The position numbers were made by a program, and so were the translations under genes. The notes beneath the pieces are model-generated. The model had not been told where the DNA came from, did not search any database, and saw only the letters and a list, made by a program, of their open reading frames with translations. Of a DNA stretch of 64,000 nucleotides, positions 61,075 through 64,000 are shown piece after piece (position 1 is the first letter of the stretch; each line of letters starts with the position of its first letter). Source of the stretch: Cetorhinus maximus (taxonomy: Eukaryota); the NCBI RefSeq assembly GCF_964194155.1, contig NC_135893.1:22134001-22198000 (forward strand), read 5' to 3'.

Positions 61075-62706
61075 GTTAGTACTCTGGTGTAAAACGCTAA
61101 CACAGCAGCTTAATACTGAGTGTCTTAGTTCAACATCCGCTATGCACACAGACTTCCAGCAAGGAACACTGAATAGCAATCAGACGAGGGAATTCAAGCT
61201 GAGTTTTCTTTTCCCTCACCCTAACCTTGGGGCAGAGGCCACTTATTGTAGTTCTACTCCAGCCCTAACTGAGTTCAGATAACTTAGTCCAGACCAGGGA
61301 TGGAAATTGAGACCAGTCCATACGGGGCAGTAGCAGCTGCCAAGCCCAGGATCAGTTTCTAGTGGATTTCCATTTTGTACAATGCCCTCCGATCAACTGT
61401 CTCCTTTAGGTACTAAATTTGGAGAGGTTCTAAGCAAGCTGAACTGATCCACAAACCTGTGTGTGTTTGTGTATATTTATGAGCATGTTGATATGTGCTG
61501 AACGTTAGCTTTCAACCCAACTGTTAGGGTTTCAAAAGAAAAAGTTGCTTTTCTCACTGGTATTGGAGGCTATCAGTATTAACCAAGCAGATCATTGAGA
61601 AAGCAAGACTATGGTTGGAACCAGATAAATTGAATGGTAGGATTGAAACTAATTCATCAGTGTTATTTTCTCCCATTGTTTGTTATCTAGATTTGAGGCA
61701 GAAAAAATTAAACTAAGCTCTCGGTTATGGGTGTGTTTGTTTAGAGTTTGTCCCCAGCAAGGTTCATATACAACAAGGTTCAAAAATGCAGCTTCTAAAA
61801 CCCTTGTATTATCTTCAAAAGCCACTTTCTGAATTATATCCCGCTGTTGCGTTATGCAAAGTTTATTTTCTTTGATGCTGGTTGCGGCTGCTTTTTTGAG
61901 ACAGGGTAGATGTTCCCTGGTGTGAACGTATTAACTAGCTTCATTTGATCATTTCATGCCGCTAAACATGTGGAATTGCCATGGTTTGGAACTATGTGGG
62001 ATTGAAATGATTTGTTTTCCTTAAATAGAAAATACTGAGGTGTGCTTTCAAAATCGCAGTAGATTCCAAAATGGAATTAAATGCAGCTAATCACTTGTCA
62101 AGTTACAAAATGTTTGCAAGTATGTGCCCACAGAAGATAATTCTCATTGCTTCAGAAGTTATATCCTCCTCCTGTAATTTCTAAGTCACCACTGTTACTA
62201 ATTGTGCTTTTATGTACTGTAATAAAAGTGATGCAACGTTGGGTACCCTTGCAATTTAGGCTATGACAAACCCATGTCCCACAGAGCTTTCAGTCTAACT
62301 CCTCGTTTTCACGTACCATCGGTCTAAATCCAGGACTCTTTTCATGGAATGGTCAACACAGGAGGAGGCCATTCAGCCTGTCATGTCTGTGTCTGCCTGT
62401 TCTCTGCAAGAGCAACTTACCTAGTGCCACTCCCTTGCCTTTTCCCATAATCTTGCAATTTTTTTCCTCTTCAGATAATTGGTTGTCAGCTTATTCTAGG
62501 GTGCTGTCAGTGTCCAACATTAGATGTGATTCTGCGATTGGACAACGTTTGTTAAATAATGCTCTCTGTGCTAAGAATTACGTTGACAACCAATTTAAGA
62601 TTTTCAGTTGGGCTCGCAGTGTGGCGCACTTGCGTGTACTGGAAGCTACATATATTAATACACAGGGCCCTGTTCTTTGCAGACAGAAAGAACATGTACA
62701 CTCATT

Positions 62707-62928
62707 ACAATAAAAGCAAAATGCTGCGGATGCTGGAAATCGGAAATAAAAACATAAAATGCTGGAAAATCTCAGCAGGTCTAGCAGCATCTGTAGAGAG
62801 AAAAACAGAGTTAACATTTCAAGTCCGAATGAAGAGGAGTCATATGGACTTGAAATGTTAACTCTGTTTCTCTCTCCACAGATGCTGCCAGGCCTGCTGA
62901 GGTTTTCCAGCATTTTATGTTTTTAGTT
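62707..62928. mobile_element. Fold-back (inverted pair) Penelope family A terminal repeats nested in the family B element
   Basis: Two inverted ~90-115 bp arms, with a 13-bp TSD atgtacac(t/a)catt at 62694-62706 and 62929-62941. Confidence 0.85.
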
Positions 62929-63168
62929 ATGTACACACATTGTGCCTGTTTCAGCTAAACAAAATAAGTGAGAGCCATTCGCTGACTCATTCCTCAGGGA
63001 AAGGCCTTGACTAATCAGGGTCAAGCTGCCTGGTTTAAATTTCAAACAATGCTTGGCAGTTAACTGTCAGTAACCATCACTGGTGCAACACCACTTGCCA
63101 ACCAATCAGCACTCTCTTCACATACAGTAAAAATTGTTGTTTTCCACTTAAATTGGTATTCTTGCGAG

Positions 63169-63204
63169 GTGTCCTGATGAGTGCAAGACGAAACGCTTAG
63201 ACAT
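63169..63204 (+). ncRNA. Minimal type I hammerhead ribozyme motif (Penelope family B)
   Basis: gTGTC-CTGATGA-GT gcaag AC-GAAA-cgcT-TA-GACAt: stem I TGTC/GACA, intact CUGAUGA and GAAA core, 2-bp stem II, UUA cleavage triplet. Stem III has one substitution relative to the palindromic AAGCTT seen in the 50250-50290(-) copy. Confidence 0.7.
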
Positions 63205-63500
63205 GTCTCTTTCTTCAGCAGTATTCTTTGAAGCTGTTGGTTAGCCTTTAAAGGGTTTACAGATTGACCTGTAGGAGATGCATGTGTACAAATACACAAG
63301 TACGTTTCATGGTGTTGAGTCAGTGTACATGCATGCATGTTTGTGTGACTGCACATGTGCATATATGTAGGTCTGTTAGTATACATGTTTATATGCATGC
63401 TTGCATTTTATGCATGTATGTATACTTGTATGTACTAGACAGTTTTATTTACAAATCTTATTAAAGAAAGGTCACTAAATACATTTCTTTGGTTTTGTAG

Positions 63501-63675
63501 ACAGTTCAGAATGAAATTTATTGAAGAGCTTGTACATTGGCTGCAGTTTTCAGAATCTGTCTTGCCCGTCATGGAGGCTTTTGCCAATGGAATGGGAGGG
63601 GAAGGAGCAGACACATTTGCAGACCTCCTGCTAAAAGAACCGGCTTTGAAGGACAGTCCAATTCTAATCACTCAG
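63501..63675 (+). CDS. TMCO4: TMCO4 coding exon
   Basis: ttgtag|; encodes QFRMKFIEELVHWLQFSESVLPVMEAFANGMGGEGADTFADLLLKEPALKDSPILITQ; donor cag|gtaca; phase is consistent with the previous exon. Confidence 0.95.
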
Positions 63676-63854
63676 GTACATATTCTGTATGGCATCCTTT
63701 TGTGCTGTTGTGCCTGCTGTCCCTTATCGTATTTTTGATTGTTTTCTTGACGTTCCATTGGTGCTGCATGTTTGTGTGAAAATTTCTGTGAAATGTTTTC
63801 TTTTATTTTGGAAGAGCTCAAATATTCAATCTAATTTTTGCCCTTCTGTTTCAG

Positions 63855-63882
63855 GACCTTGTTTCCTTTTCACTGAAAGACG
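63855..63882 (+). CDS. TMCO4: TMCO4 28-nt micro-exon (gene continues beyond the window)
   Basis: tttcag|GACCTTGTTTCCTTTTCACTGAAAGACG|gtgag encodes DLVSFSLKD(G), matching human DLLSFSLKDG. Confidence 0.92.
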
Positions 63883-64000
63883 GTGAGTTCTGGATTCTGT
63901 AACCGTAAAGGCAGAAAATGCTGGAAACGCATAGCGGATAAATGAGCTTATATGTTGTGTTGTAACATCCCTCTCCTTCTACTAATCAAATCACTGAACC

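Larger units (their letters stand above)
62480..63230 (+). mobile_element. Penelope-like retroelement family B, 3' fragment
   Basis: Encodes DSAIGQRLLNN..CAKNY..NQFKI..HLRVLEATYINTQGPVLCRQKE; homologous to 50430-50905. Confidence 0.8.

Overview
This is vertebrate genomic DNA, most likely from a shark or other cartilaginous fish. That is inferred from HE1-SINE/HER1-LINE-type and SacSINE1/DeuSINE-type repeats. Four protein-coding genes lie on the + strand: an intronless V1R/ORA-family chemoreceptor (ORA4-like, 1260-2186); OTUD3 (8 coding exons, 10620-23543, 398 aa); single-exon RNF186 (34425-35057); and the 5' part of TMCO4 (CpG promoter near 56.6 kb, coding exons from about 60.9 kb, running off the window). 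The rest is repeat-rich: Tx1, CR1, L2, RTE, HER1, SINEs, a Tigger-like MITE and two Penelope-like families. Four features stand out. (1) A decayed C2H2 zinc-finger pseudogene (26.2-27.6 kb, minus strand) is interrupted by a 28S-rRNA/CR1-tail chimeric retrocopy with a 5-bp target-site duplication, and by a ~490-bp inverted copy of nearby unique sequence. (2) Two Penelope-like families carry minimal hammerhead-ribozyme motifs; one occurs in solo, fold-back and body-plus-inverted-end forms with 11-15 bp TSDs. (3) A 24-bp tandem repeat made of CTCF-like motifs sits at the TMCO4 promoter. (4) OTUD3 appears inverted relative to the human OTUD3-RNF186-TMCO4 arrangement. Family and gene names come from recalled sequences, not database searches, and repeat boundaries are approximate.
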